Assembly (NCBI GenBank): GCA_963675525.2
Contig: CAXXSL010000011.1
Span: forward strand, 64,001-128,000
Reading direction: 5' to 3'
Source of the DNA: Anaerohalosphaeraceae bacterium
GTDB taxonomy: Bacteria; Planctomycetota; Phycisphaerae; Sedimentisphaerales; Anaerohalosphaeraceae
Length of the DNA stretch: 64,000 nt
Under the pieces are notes generated by a model. It searched no databases and was not told the origin of the DNA. It saw only the letters and a list, made by a program, of their open reading frames with translations. Made by a program: the position numbers and the translations under genes. Position 1 is the stretch's first letter; every line of letters starts with the position of its first letter. Below are positions 11,174 to 19,596 of the stretch, piece by piece.

Positions 11174-11515
11174 CTATCCAATAGCGTCCTTACCGTGATC
11201 TCCCGTGCGAATCCGGATGCAATCAGCAAGATCCAGAACAAAGATCTTGCCATCGCCAATCTCTCCCGTTCGAGCTGCTGAAATGACCGTATCAACCGTC
11301 TTTTTAAGAAAATCATCGTTCACGGCGATTTCCAAGCGAATCTTTTTGAGAAGATTAACTTCAAACTTGATTCCGCGGTAACTTTCTTCAAAGCCCATCT
11401 GGGCTCCGCATCCCAGCGAGTTTGTCACGGACATTTTGGCAACATCTGCCTCTGCCAGCGCTTTCTTAACATCTTCCAATTTATGCGGCTGTATATAGGC
11501 AATAATCAGTTTCAT
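11174..11515 (-). CDS. glnK: PII nitrogen regulatory protein, copy 2
   Basis: 113 aa; [20 protein letters not shown]. Confidence 0.95.
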   Translation of the reverse strand: MKLIIAYIQPHKLEDVKKALAEADVAKMSVTNSLGCGAQMGFEESYRGIKFEVNLLKKIRLEIAVNDDFLKKTVDTVISAARTGEIGDGKIFVLDLADCIRIRTGDHGKDAIG

Positions 11516-11553
11516 TTTTATCTCTCCTGTATATTCGAATTCCTCTTAGATTT

Positions 11554-12900
11554 TTAGTGGAAAATCTGGAAGCCGGAATAAGACTCCATACCATGCTCGC
11601 CAATATCCAAACCACGCAATTCTTCCGTCCTGCTGACACGCAGCCCGACGGTCACATCAATCATTTTAAAGATTAAGCCCATGGTGACAAGCACAAATGT
11701 GACAGTTGCAAAACTGCCAACCATCTGGATACCAAGTTGAGTCGGATTGCCGCCGTAAATAAAGCCGTTATTGGCAACACCCAGAGCCTCTTTGCCGAAA
11801 ATACCGACACAGAGGGTTCCCCATATGCCGCACATCCCGTGAACCGGAACAGCACCAACCGGGTCGTCAATCTGCAGTTTATCCAGCAATTCAACGCCCA
11901 AAACAACAATGATACCGGATGTCAAACCAATCACACAAGCCGCCCACGGCTCAACAAATGCACACGGAGCGGTGATACCAACCAGACCAGCCAATGCCCC
12001 GTTCATGGCCATCGAAAGGTCCGGCTTGCCAAATCGTACCCAAACTGTCACCATCGCCGCAATACCGCCCAATGCTGCCGCCATATTCGTATTAATCGCA
12101 ACGCGAGCAATATCAAAGCCGCTATTGATCACACCAAGGGTGGAACCCGGGTTAAATCCGAACCAACCGAACCACAAGATAAATACACCCAACGAGGCTA
12201 AGGGAATATTGTGACCGGCAATGGCCTTGGGCTTGCCATCCACACCGTATTTGCCCAGACGCGGCTTCAGCAGGATCGTCCCGATCAATGCGGCTATTCC
12301 ACCGGTAGTATGTACAACCGTCGATCCCGCAAAGTCACCAAAGCCCATCTCGCTAAGCCAGCCGCCGCCCCAAACCCAGTGACCGATGATCGGATAAATC
12401 AGGGCCGAAATCAGGAAAGAGTAAATCAGGTAGGCCTTGAAATTCATTCGCTCAGCCATACCCCCGGCAACGATGGTTGCCGCTGCTCCGCAGAACGCCG
12501 CCTGAAACAGCCAGAATGCATACAACGGAAGACCGCTGGCCGTGTCACCAATCCCCATCAGCATCCAGCCTTTAAGTCCCATGAAGGCATTGCCGTCACC
12601 GAACATAAAGGCATAACCGACGAGGAAGAATCCCAGCGATGCCATACAGAAATCCAGGAAATTCTTCGTTAATATATTACAGGTGTTCTTAGCACGAATA
12701 AAGCCGGCTTCGACCATGCCGAAGCCGGCTTGCATGAAGAACACCAAAAACGCCGCAATCAGGACCCAAACGGTATCCAAACCTTGTTTAACATCTGCAA
12801 TCGAAATCGTATCTTCCGCTGCAACAGCACTCCCTGCTATCCCAAACAAAAAACACAAAATCATCATTCCAACAAACCAACTGAACTTGAATCGTCTCAC
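11554..12900 (-). CDS. amt: Ammonium transporter, copy 2
   Basis: FMQAGF, DFAGSTVVH, WFGWFGFN, IDDPVGAVPVHG; probable GTG start at 12900 after AAAGGA (ORF track uses 12915). Confidence 0.95.
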   Translation of the reverse strand: MRRFKFSWFVGMMILCFLFGIAGSAVAAEDTISIADVKQGLDTVWVLIAAFLVFFMQAGFGMVEAGFIRAKNTCNILTKNFLDFCMASLGFFLVGYAFMFGDGNAFMGLKGWMLMGIGDTASGLPLYAFWLFQAAFCGAAATIVAGGMAERMNFKAYLIYSFLISALIYPIIGHWVWGGGWLSEMGFGDFAGSTVVHTTGGIAALIGTILLKPRLGKYGVDGKPKAIAGHNIPLASLGVFILWFGWFGFNPGSTLGVINSGFDIARVAINTNMAAALGGIAAMVTVWVRFGKPDLSMAMNGALAGLVGITAPCAFVEPWAACVIGLTSGIIVVLGVELLDKLQIDDPVGAVPVHGMCGIWGTLCVGIFGKEALGVANNGFIYGGNPTQLGIQMVGSFATVTFVLVTMGLIFKMIDVTVGLRVSRTEELRGLDIGEHGMESYSGFQIFH

Positions 12901-12990
12901 GTTTTGTCCTTTCACAAAGGCTCGCCTTACATTAAGTAGAGATCAATTGTACAGCTTTACAACCGCCGTAAAGCTTTCGTAAGAACATTT

Positions 12991-13005
12991 GCAAGAACCA
13001 TACCA
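12991..13005 (-). promoter_or_regulatory. sigma54 promoter of amt2-glnK2
   Basis: Minus strand TGGTAT-GGTTC-TTGC. Confidence 0.82.
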
Positions 13006-13062
13006 TTTTGACACAATCTTGAAACATCTACATAACTTACTTTAAAGAAAGGGCTTAAGATT

Positions 13063-13137
13063 TCAATTTTTGTAACAATATGGCCATGTCAAGCTCACGA
13101 ATTTGTATTCCATGGTCACAGAAACTACATTTTTGTT
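13063..13137. promoter_or_regulatory. Putative activator boxes upstream of amt2
   Basis: TCAATTTTTGTA 13063-13074, CACGAATTTGTA 13096-13107, TACATTTTTGTT 13126-13137. Confidence 0.62.
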
Positions 13138-13185
13138 GTTTTTGTGTGTTTTTACATTTTCAAAGAGCAACACATTTTAACGCAA

Positions 13186-13527
13186 CTAACCAATTGCAGC
13201 CTTACCTTTTTCGCCGGTACGAATTCGGATACACTCATCAAGACTCAAAACGAAAATCTTGCCGTCTCCGATCTCGCCGGTCCGTGCCGACGAAATAACC
13301 GTATTAATGGTTTTTTCGACAAACTCCTCGTTTACGGCAATTTCAAGCCGTATTTTCTTGAGAAGGTTGACGTCAAACTCAACACCGCGGTAGCTTTCGT
13401 GATACCCTTTCTGCGCCCCGCACCCCAGCGAATTGGTTACCGACATTTTGGCAACCTCTGCCTGTGCTAAAGCTTGTTTGACATCTTCCAACTTATGTGG
13501 CTGAATATATGCTATTATCAATTTCAT
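13186..13527 (-). CDS. glnK: PII nitrogen regulatory protein, copy 3
   Basis: 113 aa; close paralogue of 11174-11515. Confidence 0.95.
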   Translation of the reverse strand: MKLIIAYIQPHKLEDVKQALAQAEVAKMSVTNSLGCGAQKGYHESYRGVEFDVNLLKKIRLEIAVNEEFVEKTINTVISSARTGEIGDGKIFVLSLDECIRIRTGEKGKAAIG

Positions 13528-13560
13528 GATTCATTCTCCTGATTATAAGGTTCTCTTGCA

Positions 13561-14970
13561 TTACATAGAACTAAAGATCTGGAATCCGGCATAGGCCTCC
13601 ATACCATGTTCGCCAATATCCAACCCCTTGATCTCTTCGTCTTTCTCAGCACGCAGACCAACCGTAACTTTGATGATGGTAAACATCAGCAAGCCGAGTC
13701 CAAATGCCCAGGCAAAGGCTGCACCGATACCCGCCAACTGGCTTCCAAGCTGAGCAAAACCGCCACCATAGAAGAGACCGCCGTTGACATCCCCTGTACC
13801 AAGAACCTTTTCCGCATTAAACAAACCACACGCTAACGTACCAAAAGCACCACAAACACCATGCACTGAAACGGCACCTACCGGGTCATCGATTTTCAAA
13901 ACATTATCAATAAAGATAACACTGAAGTACACCAAGGCGCCCGCTATCGCTCCAATGAATACTGCACCAACCGGCGTAACCGTGTAACAGCCGGCAGTAA
14001 TACCAACCAAACCCGCAAGTGCACCATTCAATGACATCGACGCATCCGGTTTTTTACCAATAACCCAGGAAACGATCATGGCAACGATCGCACCAGCGGC
14101 GGCAGCCAGATTTGTGGTTACAGCCACACGACCGATTTCACCATCGCCAATAGTTGTTGAACCGGGGTTAAAACCAAACCATCCAAACCACAGGATGAAC
14201 ACACCTAATGCTGCGAGGGTAATGTTATGACCCGGAATCGCTTTGGCCTTTCCATCCGGACCGTATTTGCCAAGACGGGGCCCAAGAACGATCGCACCGG
14301 CCAGAGCCAGCCAACCGCCGATAGAGTGCACAACCGTCGAACCGGCAAAGTCACAGAAAGGCGTACTCATATTTTCCAGCCAGCCGCCGCCATTGAGAAG
14401 GCCGCCCCATGCCCATGATCCAAAAATCGGATAAATGAAGGCACAGATAAAGACACTATAGCAAATGTAGGCTTTAAACTTAGTTCGACCGGCCATCGCA
14501 CCGGAGACAATCGTAGCTGCTGTTCCGGCAAATACCGTCTGAAAAATCAGAAACGTCCAGTTCCATGATGTGGGATCACCGTAGGTACCTGCAACACCAA
14601 AACCGTCCCAGCCAATGATACCTTTATTGACGCCAAACATCAGGCTGAATCCGATAACAAAGAAGGCAATCGTTCCGATCGAAAAGTCCATCAGATTCTT
14701 CATCAGAATGTTGACCGCATTCTTGGCACGGGTAAACCCGGCCTCGACCATGGCAAAACCGGCCTGCATAAAGAACACCAGGAACGCCGCGACACAGGTC
14801 CAGACAATATTAATATTCGTCTGCATTTCTTCTTTGGCCGCATCAACGGCGGCCGTAACAGGATCGACCGCTGCGGCCTCTTCGGCCAGCACAATGTTGC
14901 CCATTAGCATAAATAACAGAAACACGATCAAAAACTTTCCAAGCATTTTTCGCAACAAATCACCGTTCAT
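13561..14970 (-). CDS. amt: Ammonium transporter, copy 3
   Basis: FMQAGF, DFAGSTVVH, WFGWFGFN, IDDPVGAVSVHG; N-terminal signal-like segment. Confidence 0.95.
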   Translation of the reverse strand: MNGDLLRKMLGKFLIVFLLFMLMGNIVLAEEAAAVDPVTAAVDAAKEEMQTNINIVWTCVAAFLVFFMQAGFAMVEAGFTRAKNAVNILMKNLMDFSIGTIAFFVIGFSLMFGVNKGIIGWDGFGVAGTYGDPTSWNWTFLIFQTVFAGTAATIVSGAMAGRTKFKAYICYSVFICAFIYPIFGSWAWGGLLNGGGWLENMSTPFCDFAGSTVVHSIGGWLALAGAIVLGPRLGKYGPDGKAKAIPGHNITLAALGVFILWFGWFGFNPGSTTIGDGEIGRVAVTTNLAAAAGAIVAMIVSWVIGKKPDASMSLNGALAGLVGITAGCYTVTPVGAVFIGAIAGALVYFSVIFIDNVLKIDDPVGAVSVHGVCGAFGTLACGLFNAEKVLGTGDVNGGLFYGGGFAQLGSQLAGIGAAFAWAFGLGLLMFTIIKVTVGLRAEKDEEIKGLDIGEHGMEAYAGFQIFSSM

Positions 14971-15010
14971 AACTCTATCCTTTCAAATTTGCGTTTATGG
15001 GTTCTTTCTT

Positions 15011-15769
15011 CTAAAAACTGGTTGACAAACTGATTCCTGTAAAGAAATAATCGCTGGACTTATCAAACGCATCCGATTTTCTTACGTCGCTGTCCAGAAG
15101 AGTCACATAATTAAAACTTGGAGAAAATGTCCATCCTCCGAGTCCGACCGGAAACGCCACACTGACAGCCAGATCATTCAACGCACTATCAGTAGCCGGT
15201 GCTCCCCAGTAAGCTTTATTATACGATTGGCTGCCCCATCCCAGACTGGCGCCCAATTCCATGCCGATCGGCGTATCTGACGATAACTCCGCGATTTTCT
15301 CGATGCTGTGTCCTACACCGAAAGAAACATAGGTCCCTTTCACGTCATCAACATCAAAATAGGCGGTCACAGAAGGCGACAACGGAAGATCAAAGGCAAA
15401 TCCACAATAGACTTCCGTTGTATCTTCACCGCTCGGGAAGTAGTAATTGATAACACCGACACTCAGGTCGATTCCCTCGGCGATCGTTGTCGTATAATCC
15501 GCATAGTAATCATACTCAATAAACTCGCTACTATTGCCGGTGTAATCGGTCAGATCCAGACTGCCCCAGATTCCCAGCGTAAGGCTATCAAGGGTTAAGC
15601 TGATACCGGGCTGGAATGCATAGTCATCATTGATATTTTGACCACGCCAGATGTACTTACTGTAAAAATCCGCGGTAACATCAACACTCGTACTTTCAAA
15701 AGCCCAAACCACTCCGCTGGCACACAACACACCCAAAACAACCAAACAACCTAATACTGACAATCTCAT
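15011..15769 (-). CDS. Putative outer-membrane beta-barrel / porin (TorF-like)
   Basis: Signal peptide, SKYIWRG, aromatic alternating strands, C-terminal Phe; ATG 15769 after GGGAG; first gene of the amt3 unit. Confidence 0.65.
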   Translation of the reverse strand: MRLSVLGCLVVLGVLCASGVVWAFESTSVDVTADFYSKYIWRGQNINDDYAFQPGISLTLDSLTLGIWGSLDLTDYTGNSSEFIEYDYYADYTTTIAEGIDLSVGVINYYFPSGEDTTEVYCGFAFDLPLSPSVTAYFDVDDVKGTYVSFGVGHSIEKIAELSSDTPIGMELGASLGWGSQSYNKAYWGAPATDSALNDLAVSVAFPVGLGGWTFSPSFNYVTLLDSDVRKSDAFDKSSDYFFTGISLSTSF

Positions 15770-15876
15770 GTTCAACTCCCTAAACAGTTTTGTTGGTTTC
15801 CTTTAGATTACGACATTTTTAAAGCTTTTTAATTCACAGGCCTGTGTCACTTTCAAAAGCTCACAAATGACTTAAA

Positions 15877-15891
15877 GCAAGAGGTGTGCCA
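15877..15891 (-). promoter_or_regulatory. sigma54 promoter of porin-amt3-glnK3
   Basis: Minus strand TGGCAC-ACCTC-TTGC. Confidence 0.9.
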
Positions 15892-15967
15892 AAACATATA
15901 CGATTCGCCTGTATATATGTAAGTTGTTTGTTTGGAGTGTGTTATGTGAAAATCAGGAACATCTTTA

Positions 15968-16025
15968 ACAATAAACATCTGCCTACAATTTTGTAGGTAG
16001 ATGTTTATTGTGCTACATTTATGTA
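15968..16025. promoter_or_regulatory. Activator boxes upstream of porin-amt3, the first embedded in a 44-bp palindrome
   Basis: TACAATTTTGTA 15984-15995 at the centre of 21-bp inverted arms (15968-16011, one mismatch); TACATTTATGTA 16014-16025. Confidence 0.75.
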
Positions 16026-16034
16026 ACCCTTCTC

Positions 16035-17555
16035 TTATTTTTTCAGGATGTTATACTTTTTGATCTTATACCCCAGCATTCGCTCTGTCAGTCCCAGTTC
16101 TTTGGCCGCATGACGCTGACAGCCGTGCGTTCTTTTCAGTGCATCGACGATCATTTCCAACTCCAGATATTCGACTTTCTCAGGCAATGTTAACCCGCCG
16201 TTCTCAGCTGTCTTTTTAGCTATTTGCAGTGAAGGAGGCAAATGATCCGACCGCAGTACATCCTCATCACACAGCAGAACCGCCCTTTCGATGCAGTTTT
16301 CAAGCTCGCGAATGTTCCCGGGCCAATGGTAGCTCGTCAGCATCTCAATCGCAGGCGTCGAGATACGTTGAATGTTTTTGCGGTTCTCTTTTGAATATTT
16401 TTCCAGAAAAAAATCCGCCAGCAGCATGACATCATTCTTGCGATCCCGTAACGGCGGCATATAGATCGGAAAGACATTGATACGATAATAAAGATCCTCT
16501 CTGAACAAGCCGTTCTTGATCTCCTCCTCGAGATTTTTGTTCGTCGCAACGACAATGCGTAGATTTGCCTTAATTGTCTCATAACCGCCAACTCGCTCAA
16601 ACTCCTTAAACTGGATAACACGTAACAGTTTCACCTGTAAATTCAGGGAAAAATCGCCGATTTCATCCAGAAAGATAGTACCGCCATCGGCCAGTTCAAA
16701 ACGCCCGGGTTTGCGATCCGTTGCCCCTGTAAAGGCGCCTTTTTCATGGCCAAAAAGCTCGCTTTCAAGCAAATTCTCAGGCAGGGCCGTACAGTTTATC
16801 TTAATAAAGGGTTTCGCTGAACGGAGACTGTTATAATGGATTGCATGCGCGATCAGATCCTTACCTGTCCCGCTTTCGCCACGGATCAGAACCGTCGCAT
16901 TACTATTGGCCACCTGCTCGATCAAGCGATAAACCTCCAGCATCGCATTACTGGTACCCACCATATTATGGATGTTAAATTTGGTTTTCAACTCCCGCAG
17001 CAGCCGGGCATTTTCATTACGCAGTTCCCTGCGGTCGGATTCAACCATCTTATTCAGCTTGACCGCTTGCGCCACCATCGTAGCAAGCACCTCCAGCAAT
17101 CGAACATGCGCCTCAAAATCCTCAGCCGCCCGAACTTTTCGATCAACACTAATCGCCCCGATCGTTTTACCTTCCAGTTTGATCGGAACACAGAAAAAAG
17201 CGATCTTTTGCCCTTTGGAACGTTTTCTCTCCCCAGTTTTTGCAAGAAAACGGGGGTCCTTGCTGATATCCGGAACCACTACTTCTTTCCCCGTCTGAAC
17301 AACAAGACCGGTAATACCCTCACCGACTTTATATGTGATCTGCTTCTTGAAAGCATCCTCTAAGCCATGAGCAACCTTAATGCTAATCGTCTCACTTTCG
17401 GAATCCAGAAGCGTAATGGCACCACGCTCAAGCTTTACGTGGGTCTCCAGTGCTTTCAGAATGGACTCCAGCGTTTCCTCGATATCAAGCGATTCAGCTA
17501 TCGCCTTAGCAACATCCGCTAATAAATTTACTTCCCTGGCCAACTTCTTTGCCAT
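16035..17555 (-). CDS. sigma54-dependent enhancer-binding protein, GAF-AAA-HTH (NifA/VnfA/AnfA-like)
   Basis: N-terminal GAF (YKVGEGITG...[10 protein letters not shown]), [28 protein letters not shown]-terminal HTH; no receiver domain. Confidence 0.93.
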   Translation of the reverse strand: MAKKLAREVNLLADVAKAIAESLDIEETLESILKALETHVKLERGAITLLDSESETISIKVAHGLEDAFKKQITYKVGEGITGLVVQTGKEVVVPDISKDPRFLAKTGERKRSKGQKIAFFCVPIKLEGKTIGAISVDRKVRAAEDFEAHVRLLEVLATMVAQAVKLNKMVESDRRELRNENARLLRELKTKFNIHNMVGTSNAMLEVYRLIEQVANSNATVLIRGESGTGKDLIAHAIHYNSLRSAKPFIKINCTALPENLLESELFGHEKGAFTGATDRKPGRFELADGGTIFLDEIGDFSLNLQVKLLRVIQFKEFERVGGYETIKANLRIVVATNKNLEEEIKNGLFREDLYYRINVFPIYMPPLRDRKNDVMLLADFFLEKYSKENRKNIQRISTPAIEMLTSYHWPGNIRELENCIERAVLLCDEDVLRSDHLPPSLQIAKKTAENGGLTLPEKVEYLELEMIVDALKRTHGCQRHAAKELGLTERMLGYKIKKYNILKK

Positions 17556-17590
17556 ATTTCACCTCAAAAGATAACAAAAAGCTATATTGA

Positions 17591-17658
17591 TACAAAATTG
17601 TATACTTGCTGGAGTATAACAAAATTGTATCGCCTACGCAAGCTTCTACAATTATGTA
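17591..17658 (-). promoter_or_regulatory. sigma70 promoter of the activator gene overlapped by three TACA-N4-TGTA boxes
   Basis: Minus strand TTGCGT-N17-TATACT (17613-17641); boxes at 17591-17602, 17618-17629, 17647-17658. Confidence 0.7.
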
Positions 17659-17738
17659 TTTTATTTTTTTCTTCGTTTTTTATCTTTTTTTTGATTAAAT
17701 ACCTTTTATTCCCTTAATAACAAGGAAGGAAAATAGGA

Positions 17739-19538
17739 ATGGACCACCAAAAAGCATCGATAAACCTTAAAATCGCCGGATTTATGCTCATCTCCTGCGT
17801 CATCAGCTTTCCTGTGGGCTACTATCTGGGGGACCGGGGTGCACGCTGGTATCCCAACACGGTCGATATCATCCTGTTTTGCTTGTTTTCCGGCACGTGC
17901 TGTCTGTTGGTTTCATCTTTAATCTCGGGAGCCGTAATAATGACTGAAAAAAAAATCCTTATCAAAAAACGTGCCATTATTCTTTGCCTGGTGTTAATGC
18001 TGATCAGTGCGATTCATTTGATTGGTTGCCAATTTCAAAAAAAGACATCCTTGACCGCCCTGTCGCCCGATGATTTTGAAATGGCTGTCTCAGCCCATAT
18101 CGACCAACTCGAAAGCTATGACAGGGAAATGGAATCCCTCCTGCAGGAAATGCACTCTCAGAGCCTCTTCTCCGAATCTTCAAATAACCCACTGTCTGTC
18201 GCAGAAGAGCAATTTCTTCGCGAATCTTGGCTGAGTCTTTACGACTATGCTTTTGGACTCGACCAAATTCGCCAATTTTACCACAATTGGTATCGGTTTG
18301 ATGTGTCCCGTTCCCGGAGACCGTATCATGTCCAAAGCTATTTGCTCTCATACAGCGCCGATGTGATTCTTTATGAAAAAGCCATGCGAACCGTACAGTT
18401 AATCAAGAAGAATCCCAACGCCGTCAAATTTTTGAATGCACCGCATCCGGGAAGCGACATCGGACCGGACTCTTTTTCTCGTTTTCAGCTCGATTTATTC
18501 GGAAGCGATTGTTACAGCCGGATTTGCTCGGGCGAACTATATCTCGAATGGCTCGGGAAAGGCCTCAATTCACGGAATTCCACCTTCGCAGGCCCCTGTC
18601 TGCACCTGTGGGACACGATCGAGACCCGTCTGGCCATGGTAGACCAGATAGATACTGTCACACGGGGTATCGCCATTGCAGATGCAGACATGGAACTGCT
18701 TCGCAAAGGCATCTATCGGATTTGGTTCCCGGCCCAAAAAGACGTCGCCGAGTGGATGGGCGACACCCGCCTGCAGCGTGTCGGAAAATACCTCATAACC
18801 CCATCACTACAGGAAGAATTAAACAACCTGCTCGAACCGGGCGATATCCTGCTGTCCCGGAAGAACTGGTACTTGAGCAATGTCGGCTTGCCCGGCTTCT
18901 GGCCGCACGCGATTCTTTATATCGGCCAGCCGGATAAACTAATGGCCTATTTTGACGATCCCGAGGTGGCGGACCTTCTTAAAACACTGTCCGGCAAAGA
19001 AATATCGTTCGATCAATACATGTCAGAGCGGTTTCCTGATAAATGGCTGCGGTATCGTTCCGGCACCGGACAAGCGGATTACCACGTCATCGAAGCCGTT
19101 AAATACGGCGTTATGCTGAATCCGCTTTCAAAGGCCTGTGGCGACTATCTGGCGGCCATTCGTCCTAAATTATCGAAGCGCGCCAAAGTACAGGCCGTCA
19201 TCCTTGCCTTTTCGCATCTCGACAAACCCTATGATTTCGATTTCGACTTCGCCACCGACCACGCACTCGTCTGTACGGAACTGGTTTGGCGAAGCTATCG
19301 GCCCGCAGACCGGAAAGAGGGCCTGAACATTAACCTCGTCGAAATGGCGGGTCGAAAAACCTTGCCCGCTAATGAAATCGCAAAGTTATTTGCCAACGAA
19401 AAACAAAACGGCCCTCGGCAATTTGATTTCATCTGTTTCATCGATGCCAATGAGAAAACAGAAACGGCTTTCTTTTCAGATGAAAACGCTTTTCTCGAAT
19501 CCGCTAACAGACCAAAGTGGAGTTTCCGACAGGAATAA
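17739..19538 (+). CDS. Membrane-anchored permuted papain-like (YiiX/YebB-type NlpC/P60) cysteine hydrolase
   Basis: PGDILL...WPHAILY, VIEA, PYDFDFD...LVCTELVW (His before Cys, permuted order); three N-terminal hydrophobic segments. Confidence 0.75.
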   Translation: MDHQKASINLKIAGFMLISCVISFPVGYYLGDRGARWYPNTVDIILFCLFSGTCCLLVSSLISGAVIMTEKKILIKKRAIILCLVLMLISAIHLIGCQFQKKTSLTALSPDDFEMAVSAHIDQLESYDREMESLLQEMHSQSLFSESSNNPLSVAEEQFLRESWLSLYDYAFGLDQIRQFYHNWYRFDVSRSRRPYHVQSYLLSYSADVILYEKAMRTVQLIKKNPNAVKFLNAPHPGSDIGPDSFSRFQLDLFGSDCYSRICSGELYLEWLGKGLNSRNSTFAGPCLHLWDTIETRLAMVDQIDTVTRGIAIADADMELLRKGIYRIWFPAQKDVAEWMGDTRLQRVGKYLITPSLQEELNNLLEPGDILLSRKNWYLSNVGLPGFWPHAILYIGQPDKLMAYFDDPEVADLLKTLSGKEISFDQYMSERFPDKWLRYRSGTGQADYHVIEAVKYGVMLNPLSKACGDYLAAIRPKLSKRAKVQAVILAFSHLDKPYDFDFDFATDHALVCTELVWRSYRPADRKEGLNINLVEMAGRKTLPANEIAKLFANEKQNGPRQFDFICFIDANEKTETAFFSDENAFLESANRPKWSFRQE

Positions 19539-19540
19539 AA

Positions 19541-19566
19541 AAAGGCGGCCGTTTCCGGTCGCCTTT
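19541..19566. terminator. Hairpin terminator between convergent genes
   Basis: AAAGGCGGCCG-TTTC-CGGTCGCCTTT preceded by an A run. Confidence 0.7.
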
Positions 19567-19596
19567 AATGCACCTATTGACAGGGGCTCTTCATAC

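Noticed and set aside
16035..17555. Calling the activator nifA and inferring nitrogen fixation
   Set aside because: No nif structural genes in the window and no consistent TGT-N10-ACA sites at the target promoters
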